DNA of 63,928 nt, filler included, from Octopus bimaculoides (GCF_001194135.2; 5 parts of 3 records of this genome joined end to end with filler, not necessarily neighbours in it); one strand, 5' to 3'. Numbered from the whole stretch's first letter, positions 27,417 through 41,279 are shown. Made by a program: numbers and translations. The notes: generated by a model not told the origin, from the sequence alone.

Positions 27417-28082
27417 TACGTACGTATGCATGCATGTATATATGTATGTATGTATGTATACAAGCCAACATATTATTTATTTAGTTATTTATAAATAGGT
27501 TTTCAAAAACATAATGCCTGACTGTACTAAATAGATCTAAAATTTAGATAGTTAATATAAATATCTTCTGCTCGATAGATTATTTGTTGTCTTTTAGATT
27601 GTGTTATTTATAAATCTTTTGTACACGGAATATTTCTTACTCTCCTGAGATGTTATTCATTTCGATGTTAATTTTATCTTACTCATCAAGCAACTTGTTT
27701 GAAGTTGTTTTACAGTCAATATTTATCGATTCTTGTTTTCAATGTAATTTTGAAACAGCTTTGTTTGTTTGTGTTTTAATAAGAAAAAAAAGAATAAATG
27801 AAAGCAAGATTTTCAGATACTTTCTTCAAAGTTGCTGCTTTTCTCCATATTTTACTGTACACATACTGAAAAAATATAAAGACACTGTCGACCTCTGGTT
27901 TACAAGTTCAATTTACATTCTTATAATCTCGGGGGAATTCATATCCTGAGAGTAATTCTGGGTTCACAAATACTGTTTAAAAACCTTCGGTTGAAGACAT
28001 TATATGTAAGTCAGTAGTTCATACGCGTTACAGAGAGGGCCATAGATCATGTAACTATATATGGATAAATTGACAGATAGGT

Positions 28083-28129
<47 letters not shown>

Positions 28130-29093
28130 TATATATATATATACACATCTATATACACTTCCACATATCTACATTCATGTATGAGTGCGTGTATTTGTAT
28201 ATACATTTACGGTATATGAATTTTTTTTATTGTATTGTGTTGGCAACTGTTGTTTTGCGACCTTTAAATAAGTGTGTAATTTTAAATGTGATTTAATTGT
28301 AGTATTTGATGACAAAAGACTCACACTATTCTGACGAAATGTTTTAAATCACCCCGGGTGATATAAGCTATCATAAATATTGCATATTAAACAATGCACA
28401 AAACCAATCTTGCTTGAATAGGCTTTGCTGAAATTAGGATCATCTTAAACATCTCCGAGTCTTTTATCACACCAGATACTGTTGTGATGTTTCTAATGTA
28501 AAACTGTGTTTTTTTCTCCTCTGCCATGGTTTTGTCGTTAGGGTGTAGCTTAGCCATAACATTTGGGTTTATTAATTGGAAACGTATACTTAAATTGTGT
28601 TCGTTTGCTTATTAGTTTGGTTTTATGCTTGGCTGCAGGAATGTCGCAAATACATACCTTGAAGTGTGTATATAAATGTGAAAAGATATTGCAAGAATCT
28701 TTGGAATTTTATACATGCTTACTTACGTTTATGTTTAATTATAAGAATATGATTATAATAAAGGGCGTTGAATTGACAACGTCTCTACGCTAGAAATAGA
28801 CGCCAAATGGACTATAAACCACATAAGTTATTACTCCGTTACCACAAGGTGTGTGCGAGGAAAATAGAGAGAAAGGTTTTATGAAATATTATGGAAAATA
28901 CTATATCTTCAAATTTCAAGGACTGCGATACTAAAAACGCATCCCCATCTTCAGTAGGATAAACCAATAGTAAATAAATAAAGAAATGCATATAGATACC
29001 ATCGTACAAATACGAATATATACATAAGTTTCACACATACATACCATGTAAAACGCTGATAAATCATTATATAATGATTTTTTATATATTTCG

Positions 29094-29140
<47 letters not shown>

Positions 29141-29184
29141 NNNNNNNNNNNNNNNNNNNNNNNNNNNNNNNNNNNNNNNNNNNN

Positions 29185-29196
29185 TTAATTAATTAA
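29185..29196. other. Synthetic scaffold spacer TTAATTAATTAA inside N44...N44 (also at 46575, 57760, 62111)
   Basis: Identical 100-bp N44-TTAATTAATTAA-N44 block occurs four times. Confidence 0.95.
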
Positions 29197-29426
29197 NNNN
29201 NNNNNNNNNNNNNNNNNNNNNNNNNNNNNNNNNNNNNNNNCCTGGATGCAAACATTTTTGTCAATGACTCCTTATCAAATTAAATTTCCAATAAGATACT
29301 GAATTCATCTTACATAGAAAGATAACACTTAGGTATTAGCGCAAAAGTAATTTTAATATTGTCTTAATTTCTGTTATAAACGCCAATGATAAAAATGATA
29401 AAACAAAACAGCTTTTATTTGATAGT

Positions 29427-31165
29427 TTATCCCAAATTTTTTCGATGTGATGGTTGACTTTGGTGTTTACTGGCTATTACTCTAGGTTCCATGCTGCTTA
29501 GAAGTAATTGCAGATCTCCTTGTTTTGTAATTTGTGGGCAGTTTCTTTGCTTAGTAACAAGCTGTGTAACTGCATTGAACCCACATTCAGTCATATAGGA
29601 AGTTGGAAAAGCAATGAAGAAAAGTTTGATAGCTTCCCACAGCTTTAGATATCTTTCAGTAATTTTTTTTTGTAGTCAGAATTCCTGGTATGATTTTTTG
29701 AAGAGAGGCTTTAATTCAAAGTCTTTTTTTAAAGTTATTAACACCTCTTGTATTGCAGAGTCTGCTTCATTCGTATAAGTGTTGATAAATAGGTTTATCA
29801 ACCACTCAGGTTTTTCTATATTAATGAGGTCCCGATATCTACTGCTCATGTCATCATGCAAAGACTTCAAATGGTCACAATAAATGAAGAGGTCATTATC
29901 TGATATAGAGATATCAGCCTTGTGATTATTTTCTAGTTGAGCAAGATTTGGAAATTGACATAGCTCCCGACGACCATCATCATGTCTAAAGAGTGAAAGC
30001 TTGTCCATGAATGCACAAATAACAAATTTTGCTTTGATAAAATTTACATCACTGCCTTGCAATTGCAAATTCAGATCATAGAATATATTGAATGAATCTG
30101 TTAAGTAGGCAATGTCTCATTTACAAGCTTAGAGATCCTCACTCAAATGATCATGCTTTCTCTTGAAAAAATTGTATGGCAGTGTTGAAAAGTGAATAAA
30201 ATCACTTCAAACACTTGCCTCAGTAAGTAAAAGAAGACGATCAAATTCTCCATCATTGTTGTTGCAGAGTTGTCAAAATATTTGGGAATTAAGGGGAAGA
30301 CATTCTATTTTATCTATTGTTGTGATAACAATACCAAGTTATTTATGAAGCCAATCACTTAAGTGTCTTGCAACTTGATGTTGACGATGAATTATGAATG
30401 TATTGTAAAAACATTGGGTACAGCCTTCTTTAAAAATGTAAGAAAGCCTCTGTACCACCCTGTTAATGCTGGAGCACCATCTGTTACACAAGCAACTATA
30501 TTGTTCATAGTGATTTCTTTATCGGTGAAAATCTGTTTAACTATAGTAAAAATGGATTCACCTTTAGTGTCTGTTTTAAGTTCCTTTGCAAACAATAATT
30601 CTTGCACAATTTTCTGATCTTTAATAAAGCAAGCATATTCTAAAAGCAGGGCTTCATTGTCTGGGAGAGTCAACTCGTCCAACTGTAAACCAAATTGTTG
30701 ATTTTTTTAAGTATTGTAAATAACATTTCTTCAATGTCCTCAACCATTTCATCAATTCTTCTCTCCACAGAATTATTACTAAGTGGAATCGTTCTGATAA
30801 TTCCACTTGGGGAAGGATGATGTACTACTGTGCAAAGAGCTGGCAAAATGGGTTATTCTCCAATTGTATAAGGTTTCCCTGATTTGACAAGTCCATTGTC
30901 ACATTTCTGTGATTGGTTTGTCATAAGGGAGTGAATAGATTTTCAGTTGCGAAATTTATCTAATTGAGTTTTAAAGTATGACAAATCTTTGTCTACTTTA
31001 TCAAGGTGTATCTTGTCTAAATGATTGGAAAACCTAAATGGCTTCTTGGCCTCATTCAAAAAAAGCTTTCTCGCAAAGAAGACACATTGACTGTTGTTCG
31101 TTATTAAGAGCAATAATAAATCCAGATTTCATATATTCAATGCTATACTGTCTGCATTTTCACTT
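29427..31165 (-). pseudogene. hAT (Buster/ZBED5-SCAND3-like) transposase pseudogene
   Basis: N-terminal BED finger KCRQYSIEYMKSGF...MCLLCEK...NEAKKP, middle ELLFAKELKTDTKGESIF...VTDGAPALTG...FTIH, C-terminal dimerization region LFFIAFPTSYMTECGFNAV. Multiple stops and frameshifts. Confidence 0.92.
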
Positions 31166-33119
31166 TAATGAGTTTCCTGAAATGATTATAGTTGAACTCA
31201 AGCACTGAAAATAAAGTAAGGTAAAAAAAAATTACAAATAATGTCAACAACCACCATTAACTCTTCAAAAACTATTGAGGTACAGGGGTGCTTTTTTTTC
31301 CTGAAATAATAGTACTTTGTTGAAACAATAAAGAGTTTATGATTGAAAGACTAATAGTTTCTCTTACTAAATCAGCTGCTTCACTATTGTAAGTGTGCAC
31401 CTGCCTAGTGTAAGTAGCATCTCAATAAATATGGTTAGAGGTGGAAGCATATTAATCTATTTAAAAGAAACTGGAAAATTAGTTGAGTGACAATAGATAT
31501 TTGAGACACGAATTAAAGTATATGACAGAGAGATCCACGGACTTAGTGCATGGCATGTTCACAATAAGCAAGGAGCTAAATAACCATTTCTCAATCAAAA
31601 TTTCCAATTAATGAATTTCATGATTATAATTCCAGTAAGAAAAGATAATGGAAAATGAATAATTCAAGAAAAATCTTAAAGCAAAATCACAATATTTAAA
31701 TAATTCCTTGAATGATGGTAATAATAATGATAGAAGAATTTGTTGCAATTAAAAAAAATTCTCAAAATTTATTCTCAGCTGGATATAATATGTGTAGAAA
31801 TTAATTCGGTACTCCAATAAATAACAGGTGAAAATAAATAAAATAAATGAAGGTAAGTTAATAACTGTCATTTTTTTTTCGAAAATACTTGTTAATTTTT
31901 ATAGTAAACTTATTAAAAAAATAAATTGATCATTTTCCGAAGTTTCATGGTAGTAACTGGGTTGGATTTAGACATTGGAGGAAGAGTACTTCATGTTTGG
32001 TGGGCTCCTCCAAGTTTCCCGGGAAACTCCAAGTTTTCCTCCCCTCCCTTCCCCCTTCATTTTTGCAGAAAAAAGTAGCCTGCATCAGGTTTAGTGGTAA
32101 AATACATTGAAAGCGCTCGAAAAACCTGTAGAAAAAGATTATTTCACACCAAAGTATGAGCAGGTCCTTTACAAAATATTTACCAATTATTTTCAAGGAA
32201 ATGGAAAGCGCTACAAATGCTTCAGGAAAAATATAATTTCAGGGAAAAATATGTAAAATTTGTCTCAACACACAAGTTCACATCAAGAATCTTGCAAATC
32301 TAATACAAACACGTAGCATTTAGGAAAAAAAAAAAAATGTTTACTCCCCTAAGGATTAAAATTTATATTTTGATTTTATTCGGCTCTATGAATTAAATTT
32401 TTTAAATGCTTCCCTCTTTTGCTTGATACATGACAAAAATAATTTGAAAATCCTGACCAAAACAGAGAAATTCTAACTTAGCAAAAAATATAGAAAGAGA
32501 AAGAAAAGCTTCTGTTTTCCAAAGCCAAAACAAGAGTTTTTAGCTGAGGTGTAATTTTATAATTAAAACAAATTCAAAATGTAAATTTCAGAACATAAGA
32601 TGTTATCTGGTGTACAAATGGGTACAAAATCTAAAACAAATATGTGTATGTGTGTGTGCATGCACATGCATGCGTGTGGCCAGGCCTTTAATTGCCAGGA
32701 GTCAATTTAAGTTCAGTTGCAGAGAGGAATTCAAAACTGCAACACACTCACATACATGCAGTCATATACATACAAACATACCCGTACATACGCACACATT
32801 CGCAAACACATACATATCAGCCACTCCCAAAATTCTGACCACCATTCTTTATTTGCTCACAAACACACACATTCAGCTTTTCACTTTTATTCATTGCTTT
32901 TGTTTTCTTTTAGTCATTTGTCAATCTGTCTTTTTTTTTGTTTTTGTTTTGGGGGTTTCACCTTAGCGACACCAGTTACACATGGTGCCAATAATTTGCT
33001 TGGTTTCACCAAAGTGGTAAAAGTGTTTTTCAAATTTTTAAAAATTTGAAAGAAAAAGAAAGGATAAATGCCCACTGCCCACCTGAGTATAATCACTGTC
33101 CCCCCAAATGAAATAAAAA

Positions 33120-33188
33120 CTCCCAGTGCTTCTTTTCAACACAACAGTGCCCACAAGGAGGCACTAGCTCCCACATTGGAGAACACTG
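33120..33188 (-). mobile_element. hAT/Buster-type terminus
   Basis: Reverse strand begins CAGTGTTCTCCAATGTGGG at 33188. The adjacent 8 bp (33189-33196 ctctaaac) has the central TA typical of Buster targets. Probably the 5' end of the element encoding 29427-31165 (inference). Confidence 0.55.
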
Positions 33189-33239
33189 CTCTAAACAATA
33201 TTATTATTATCAATAGTAATTGATAATAAATAATGGCAA

Positions 33240-33268
33240 TCTATATATATAAAAATGAGAATGTGTGT

Positions 33269-33309
<41 letters not shown>

Positions 33310-35712
33310 TCCCTAAAACTCGAGAACTACACAACCAATTTCATTCAAATTTTACACATGTCTTACTTAGGCTTCTGGTTGTGCTTTAATCAAAAAATAA
33401 TTTTTTAACTTCTTGCAGAGTTCGAGCTCACGGCAACATAATATCTCCTCCACCATTTAAGTATTACGTGTTAAAAGTGAAACAAAAACNNNNNNNNNNN
33501 NNNNNNNNNNNNNNNNNNNNNNNNNNNNNNNNNNNNNNNNNNNNNNNNNNNNNNNNNNNNNNNNNNNNNNNNNNNNNNNNNNNNNNNNNNNNNNNNNNNN
33601 NNNNNNNNNNNNNNNNNNNNNNNNNNNNNNNNNNNNNNNNNNNNNNNNNNNNNNNNNNNNNNNNNNNNNNNNNNNNNNNNNNNNNNNNNNNNNNNNNNNN
33701 NNNNNNNNNNNNNNNNNNNNNNNNNNNNNNNNNNNNNNNNNNNNNNNNNNNNNNNNNNNNNNNNNNNNNNNNNNNNNNNNNNNNNNNNNNNNNNNNNNNN
33801 NNNNNNNNNNNNNNNNNNNNNNNNNNNNNNNNNNNNNNNNNNNNNNNNNNNNNNNNNNNNNNNNNNNNNNNNNNNNNNNNNNNNNNNNNNNNNNNNNNNN
33901 NNNNNNNNNNNNNNNNNNNNNNNNNNNNNNNNNNNNNNNNNNNNNNNNNNNNNNNNNNNNNNNNNNNNNNNNNNNNNNNNNNNNNNNNNNNNNNNNNNNN
34001 NNNNNNNNNNNNNNNNNNNNNNNNNNNNNNNNNNNNNNNNNNNNNNNNNNNNNNNNNNNNNNNNNNNNNNNNNNNNNNNNNNNNNNNNNNNNNNNNNNNN
34101 NNNNNNNNNNNNNNNNNNNNNNNNNNNNNNNNNNNNNNNNNNNNNNNNNNNNNNNNNNNNNNNNNNNNNNNNNNNNNNNNNNNNNNNNNNNNNNNNNNNN
34201 NNNNNNNNNNNNNNNNNNNNNNNNNNNNNNNNNNNNNNNNNNNNNNNNNNNNNNNNNNNNNNNNNNNNNNNNNNNNNNNNNNNNNNNNNNNNNNNNNNNN
34301 NNNNNNNNNNNNNNNNNNNNNNNNNNNNNNNNNNNNNNNNNNGATTCACTTGCAAAGTGTTGAGTAAAATTATTTCGTTGCAGACTTCCTTTGAGTCTTT
34401 TTATTACCACTGCGACACATATAGTTCCCAGTTGGTAACATTGATTTCAAGGCCTTCCCAGATGAGTGACTGGTTGTTCTAAGACATTTATTGATTGTAA
34501 ATATTTTCTGCCTAGTTACCTATCAGTATAGTGGTCATTTGCAAACTCCAGAGGCGACACTTTCATTTCCCTTTACTCCAAACGTCACACATTGTTGTTT
34601 CAATTGGGTCATGACCTTCCAATTGCTATAGATCCATAATGCATCTTAAAGCTGTGCCTGTCACCTGTATAGTGAGGAATCCTACATTGGAATCCTACGG
34701 TAGCTGACTGATTATCGTGATCATTCATCTTTTGCTTTCCTGTAGCTTTGCTCTCTTTTACAAAACCAGTGAACATACATACATTTCCTATTTCAAAGAA
34801 ATTCAAACAATACATATTACACACAAGTTAAAAAGATTCCCATCAATTAAACTTCTCTAGTTGACATTAATACACCTATCACCAATAGGGGCCTTAACTC
34901 CGACATTTTTCAGCTCCATGAGCTCCATTTTTCAGGAGCAAAATTCTTTTAGGGTCCATGTAGTGTCTTAGGTCAAAAAAATGTTTAACTTCCTGCATAG
35001 TTCGAGCCCACAGCAATCATATCTCCTCCACTATNNNNNNNNNNNNNNNNNNNNNNNNNNNNNNNNNNNNNNNNNNNNNNNNNNNNNNNNNNNNNNNNNN
35101 NNNNNNNNNNNNNNNNNNNNNNNNNNNNNNNNNNNNNNNNNNNNNNNNNNNNNNNNNNNNNNNNNNNNNNNNNNNNNNNNNNNNNNNNNNNNNNNNNNNN
35201 NNNNNNNNNNNNNNNNNNNNNNNNNCCTACGGTAGCTGACTGATTATCGTGATCATTCATCTTTTGCTTTCCTGTAGCTTTGCTCTCTTTTACAAAACCA
35301 GTGAACATACATACATTTCCTATTTCAAAGAAATTCAAACAATACATATTACACACAAGTTAAAAAGATTCCCATCAATTAAACTTCTCTAGTTGACATT
35401 AATACACCTATCACCAATAGGGGCCTTAACTCCGACATTTTTCAGCTCCATGAGCTCCATTTTGCAGGAGCAAAATCTTTTTTACAGGTTCCAGAAGACT
35501 GAAATTTTGGAATATGCGCATAAACATCAATAGTATAGGATACATGTCTCATGATTAGAATTTTTTATGGTGTGTAAAGAGGGAAAGAACCCTCATGTAC
35601 AATTTTGATGAAATTTGAATCATATGTATTCCAGTTCCTTACAGAAAATATAACAGAAAAGTCTCATTTTTCAATTGCATGTAACACGGGCAACGCCGGG
35701 TATCTCTGCTAG
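33240..35712 (+). mobile_element. Non-autonomous Helitron-like element with internal tandem duplication
   Basis: 5' A|TCTATATATATAAAAATGAG at 33240. 3' hairpin cgggcaacgccggg followed by CTAG|T at 35709-35713. Two gaps inside. Confidence 0.65.
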
Positions 35713-37569
35713 TGATTTCTAAATAGTCAATTATCTCAATGCTGGCAGAAAGATAGACATTTAACTCAACACCATAGTTAAATACAAAGCATTTAAACTG
35801 TTAATCTACTGATTCTGACACTGTCTTACAATAATAATGATTTCTTATATCAGCACAAGGTCAATAATTTGGAATGAGGAAACAATAGATTGATTACATG
35901 GACCTCAGTGTTTCACTGGTACTTATTTCATAACTCATGAAAGTATGAAAGGCAAAGTCAACCTTGGCAACATTTGAACTCTGAATATAAAGGCTGTAGT
36001 TAAACATCACTGATTCTAATATGGGCACAAGGCATAAAACCTTAGGGAGGGAGTAAGCTGATTAGACTGACTCCACAACATCTCTAGTATGTTATTTTAT
36101 CAAGCCAGAAGGATTAAAGGTAAAATTTAACTTGGTAAGATCTGAACTCAAACACTGCAAGATATTTTTTTTAGCTCTCTCATGATTCTGCTCAGAGCCT
36201 GATGATAACAATAAGAATAATAATTAGATGGAAACTATTCAACTTTCAATGCATTACATTTCATATAATTGATTTAAGTACTAATCTTTACATATTTTTA
36301 TTTCATTTTTTACTTCTTATATTAATTATTAATCACAAGTTTCACAAAATAAAAGAGTTGAATGTCTAGTATAGTTATATTTCAGATATTCCTACTTTCA
36401 GCTTGCAGAGTTAATGAGGTAGACAGTATAGAGTTTAAGTTTCAGATAGTAAGATAAAACAAAACACAGCAATGATGCTATGTTCTCAAGTGTAGAACAG
36501 CAGAAACCGTTTGCTGAAAAGTGATAGTTTACATGCTTGTTAGATGATATAGTAACCAGTCAGTATTTGACACTTTACATGGAGAAGAAATAAATATTTG
36601 TATACAGAAGCACTATTGTTTATACGAAAATAACTCAGTGTATAGAAAATATACACCTGCAGCTTATGAATGCTAAAGAGACTATTTTTTGTGGATGTTT
36701 TATTTTTTATTTTTTGTAGTATTTTTTGTTTATGCTTGTTATATTTTTTTTCTATTTCATAATTTTCACTCCCCTAACATTTTAACAAAATATAAATAAA
36801 ATAAAATAAAAGATTTTTATGGGGATATACTTACTTGGAGAAATTTACTCCAGAGTCAAATACAGACAGTACATAATTAAAATCCAAAAGCTCCCTTCAC
36901 CAAGCAGCTAAAAAGCTCGTGAAAAGATGGCACTCTTTTGCTCTCTCATGCAAACAATGCTAATAGAAGGTGAAATAGCTATGTTGGATGAGGCAGCTTC
37001 AGGTATCTCACTGACTTTTCAGGTTGGCAGCTCCCCAAACATAAGCAAGGCCAATCAGAGCGAGAAAGTAACAGTTTTATACATAACTGTAAACAGTGTT
37101 ACTCGCTAGCAGATATTGGCACCCTCATAGAATAGATCTCAATAGTTAGGAATGTCATTTAACTGTACAGTCTCTAGTTTCAGATTTGTGTTCTTTTTAC
37201 ACAAACAGGGTTATCAGATAGGATTCTTTGATACATTAGATTTGTCAACCCTGCTCTGAATTACTGCATGAACAAATATGTCACAAGCATTTGCCTACCA
37301 GCAAAAGCATCTATGAATAATAAACTTTACGGTATAATTACAAAATATATTGTAAATGGGTGAATGAAGCTCATATGCATTTATCCTTCAATAGATCTGA
37401 TTAAAACTTTTAATTCTACATTCTTCACCAAGATATGTAGGAAATATAATTCTTACATAACTTTTGAGGATGCTACATGTTATAGGATATTACATGTCTT
37501 AATCAAAAAGAGGGTAATAACTCAAGAATACATAATATATCACTAATAATAGAGAGAAATAACTAGGAA

Positions 37570-37668
37570 GTGAAGGTGCATGGGTTCATGATCAGAAAAT
37601 CATGGGTTCAGTTCCTGGACTAGGTAGCACATTGTGTTCTTGGGCAAGGCACATTATTTCACAGTTGC
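37570..37668 (+). mobile_element. tRNA-headed SINE 5' fragment
   Basis: gtgaaggtgcatgg...gggttcagttcctggac...ttgtgttcttgggcaaggcacattatttcac. Confidence 0.7.
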
Positions 37669-37980
37669 TGAGACCACCTTCAGTCATGACTGACCATGGG
37701 ATTGCTCCCAGAAAGCCACCCTCCCAGGCACAAGTTCGGGCAAGGTTGTTTATGGAAGACCAGCAGTTGCCCATGCATACCAGCCTCCCCAAGGGAAAGG
37801 CAAAGGCTGATACAGCTTGGCACCTGTGACGTCGCAACTCATTTCTGCAGCTGAGTGAACTGGAGCAACATGAAATAAAGTGTCTTGCTCAAGAACACAA
37901 CACAGCCCTGTCCAGGATTCAAAATCACAACCTCACGATCATAAACTCGATACTCTACCACTGAGCTATGCGTCTTCACA
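37669..37980 (-). mobile_element. Near full-length tRNA-headed SINE with CORE-like central region
   Basis: gtcatgactgaccatgggattg...gctgagtgaactggagcaacatgaaataaagtgtcttgctcaagaacac...ctaccactgagctatgcgtcttcac. Confidence 0.85.
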
Positions 37981-38884
37981 TTTCACAATACACATTTCAC
38001 AGTACTTCAGCTGAAGATAAGCAGCTCTTGACTGTTGGTATAGCAGTCTCTTTCTAGCAGTCACAGCCTCAATGTTTCACTGGGTCAAGGTTGGTGGGCG
38101 TTAAAGGGGTTAAAGGGTGTCATTGCTTGTCACTACATAGGCACCTAAAACAGTTAGCAAAAGCTAGTACAAGCTACCAGGCCATACTTGCTCATAAGTG
38201 TTGGCTAGGCTATATTCTAAATGATTAGAAGCAATTTGGATAACTTCTACTTGAAAGGATTTCCTCATTATAAATAAATTAGTTGCAGAATATCAAGAGT
38301 TTAAACATATGTTGTTCCATATTGGGAAGGAATTAAGCAAGCTTGTGGTATCATTTAACTCTCTAGAATGCAAATGTTCTTTTTGTTGTTGTGTCAAACT
38401 AAGTTTTCCACAATTACTCTTAGTTTATCTCTAACACAAGCTACCAACAACAGTAATACACAATACCTGTCTCTATAAATATGAGGTTAAAATGCTTCAG
38501 TACTTCAAAACTTACTACAATCATTGTATCATAGTTTGTGAACAAGGGACATAACTCTGCTTGTTTCAGGCTGCCTGACTTGCAAATTCCACATTTATTT
38601 CATGATTAATAAGAAAGTTAATTGTTCTAAGATTTTATAAATTAAGAAAAATGCACACAAATCATACTTATACAGAAAAAATCAATGTAAAACAATGCAA
38701 TATAAAAAAAAACTATAGTTGTGGCTGTGTGGTAAGTAGCTTGCTTACCATAAAGGGGTTATTGGTCGGCGGGTGCTGGTGTTCCTCTCATTTTTACTCA
38801 TTTTCGTTATCATTCGTCTCATTAATGTCCTCGTCCAGCCCGTAGCTACTCTGTGTACTGCCCTCATGGCAAATTTAAGGAAAT

Positions 38885-39025
38885 AAAGTAGCTTGCTTAC
38901 CAACCACATGGTTCTGGGTTCCGTCCCACTGCATGACACTTTGGGCAAGTGTCTTCAACTACAGCCTTAAGCCGACCAAAGCCTTGTGGGTGGATTTGGT
39001 AGATGAAAACTGAAAGAAGCCTGTC

Positions 39026-39030
<5 letters not shown>
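38885..39030 (+). mobile_element. tRNA-headed SINE fragment
   Basis: agtagcttgcttaccaaccacatggttctgggttccgtcccactgcatgacactttgggcaagtgtcttc...gaaaactgaaagaagcc. Confidence 0.8.
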
Positions 39031-39061
<31 letters not shown>

Positions 39062-39350
39062 TGAGACCCCCTTTAGTCATGACTGACCATGGGATTGCAC
39101 CTAGAAAGTTACCCTCCGAGGCACAAGCCCAGGCAAGGTTGTTTATGGAAAACCAGCAGTCGCTCATACATACCGGCCTCCCCTCTCCACGCCACCAGTG
39201 TTATCCAAGGGGAAGGCAACAGCCAATACAGCTTGGCACCTGTGACATCGCAACTCATTTCTACAGCTGAGTGAACTGGAGCAACGTGAAATAAAGTGTC
39301 TTGCTCAAGAACACAACACACAGCCCAGTCCAGGATTCGAACTCACAACC
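39062..39350 (-). mobile_element. tRNA-headed SINE (same family as 37669-37980)
   Basis: High similarity by eye to 37669-37930. Confidence 0.85.
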
Positions 39351-39384
39351 AATGTGCTTTTACACACACACACACACACATACA

Positions 39385-39590
39385 TATGTTTGTGTGTCTG
39401 TGTTTGTCCCCCACCAACATCGCTCAACAACTGATGTTGGTGTGTTTACGTCCCCGTAACTTAGTGATTTGGCAAAAGAGACCAATAGAATAAGTACTAG
39501 GCTTACAAAGAATAAGTCTTGGAGTCGATTTGCTCAACTAAAGGTGGTGCTCCAGCATGGCTGCAGTCAAATGACTGAAACAAATAAAAG
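39385..39590 (-). mobile_element. SINE-like repeat
   Basis: Same family as 14345 and 25488. Confidence 0.8.
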
Positions 39591-41279
39591 AATATTGATA
39601 TTTCACCTTTCCTTATTTAGAAAAGCAATGCCAGCGACCTTCCCTTATAGACAGATGATTTCTATATTCAGCCTAAACTTCCCAAGGCTGATGGCTTTTT
39701 TGGAAAAATGTGGATTAGGTAGTAGTTTCAGAGGGTAACATTTCTGGGTAAGAGAAACTAAGAAAAATATTTAAAGAGACACAGAAATGCAGGAAAGTCA
39801 AGAGGTAGAAATTTGAGTGCTATAGGTAAGTTTGTCAGTTCAGAGAGGAGGGACCAATGTAGTAACAGTCGAAACTTAAGAATTTGTGAACTCATGGGTA
39901 TAAAGTGGGTTTGGTGAATAAGTTTTAGCCAATCTGCCATAAAGTCCTTTTCTGAATACAGCCATGAATGTATGCAGCAGCAATGTCCCATATATGTATG
40001 AGTAGTGCTCATGTGGATCACATTTGCTATGTGCATGTTTACATATGCTCATATAATGTGTATCTGTGTGTGCATACCAGTGTAAATTAATTCATCGAGT
40101 TGCAACCCTTAATGTTGCAAGTAATTTAGTATTTTGATAAATAATGATCAACAAAAATACCAGACTGAAATTAGTGTTGGAGCTGATGGCTCAACTAAAG
40201 GTGAAAGTGATAACCCAGCCCCACTAGTCTGAAACCAGAAAAACATTTTTTTTTTAATGTGAGGTAGCTACAAGGGATAACAAAAGGCCTAACATTTGTT
40301 GCAACATTTAAGCATTTTAGATGTGTGTTGTTCATGCATGTAAGTAGTGCACTGTCTTGTTGCAATTAAAGTGAACTAGAGTGTCATGTGTACGAAATGG
40401 TTGAAGTTTTTTAAGTTTATAAAATAGTGCAAGTTTATGCAAATCTAGTGTGAGGAGCACCTGTGTGAAGAAGCTTAAAGACTGAAGGATGATATCTCAG
40501 TATGATTGCATGTGGTTACAAATACTAGTAATATACAGAAAGAAGAATGTGGAAGAGATAAGTAAATGTTGATGAACCATGGTGATAAAAAATGTGATTC
40601 AGGGAAAGTACCATTGATGCAGGCAACAACAGAAAGTTCGACAGACAACTATCCAACAGACAAGAGGTATAAAGGGTCCATGGGCAGGAAAATCAGCTAT
40701 GAGATTCTAATACTAAACATAGTCAAAGCCTTTGTTGATGTCAAGGATAACATAGATAATATTAAATTTGACAAATGACTACTGGTGCATGACAAATATT
40801 GGAATGTGGGTCTCTGGTAGTATTGGTTCTTCAGAATCTGTACTTGTTATTGAGAAGTGAGACTTGTTGAAGGTGCCTTACATTCCCTTCATATAGAGCA
40901 GACCATGATCTGCAGCATAACAGATCAATGAAATGTGAAGAATTAGCAGAATATTGTTGTAAATGCTGAGGTGAAATAAGAATACAAGTGAATGTGTGGA
41001 TGTGTACCAGTATGTGTATGTAACCAGGTATGAACAAATGAAAGTCTAAATTGAATTAAAACAATTTAGACAGATATTAATAGTTATCACCAAGCTAACA
41101 TGGCAGTCCAGAAAAATAGGACGAATGCTGCTATTGAACAGATGGTCAGTAGCGACACCTGCTCGGTTCGGCTGCTCTACATTGATAAGGGGCAAATACC
41201 CTGAAACTTGGAGCGAATCAACGGCAGCATTCGTCATATTTTTCTGGACTGCTTGGCGATAACTATTAATATCAGTACT

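Noticed and set aside
36835-37086. Minus-strand segment between a CAG acceptor and a GTAAGT donor
   Set aside because: All three frames contain stops. It could be a UTR exon but is unsupported without RNA data.
40566-40778. ORF containing ILNIVKAFVDV, faintly like an RT 'D..KAFD.V' motif
   Set aside because: No other RT motifs were found nearby.
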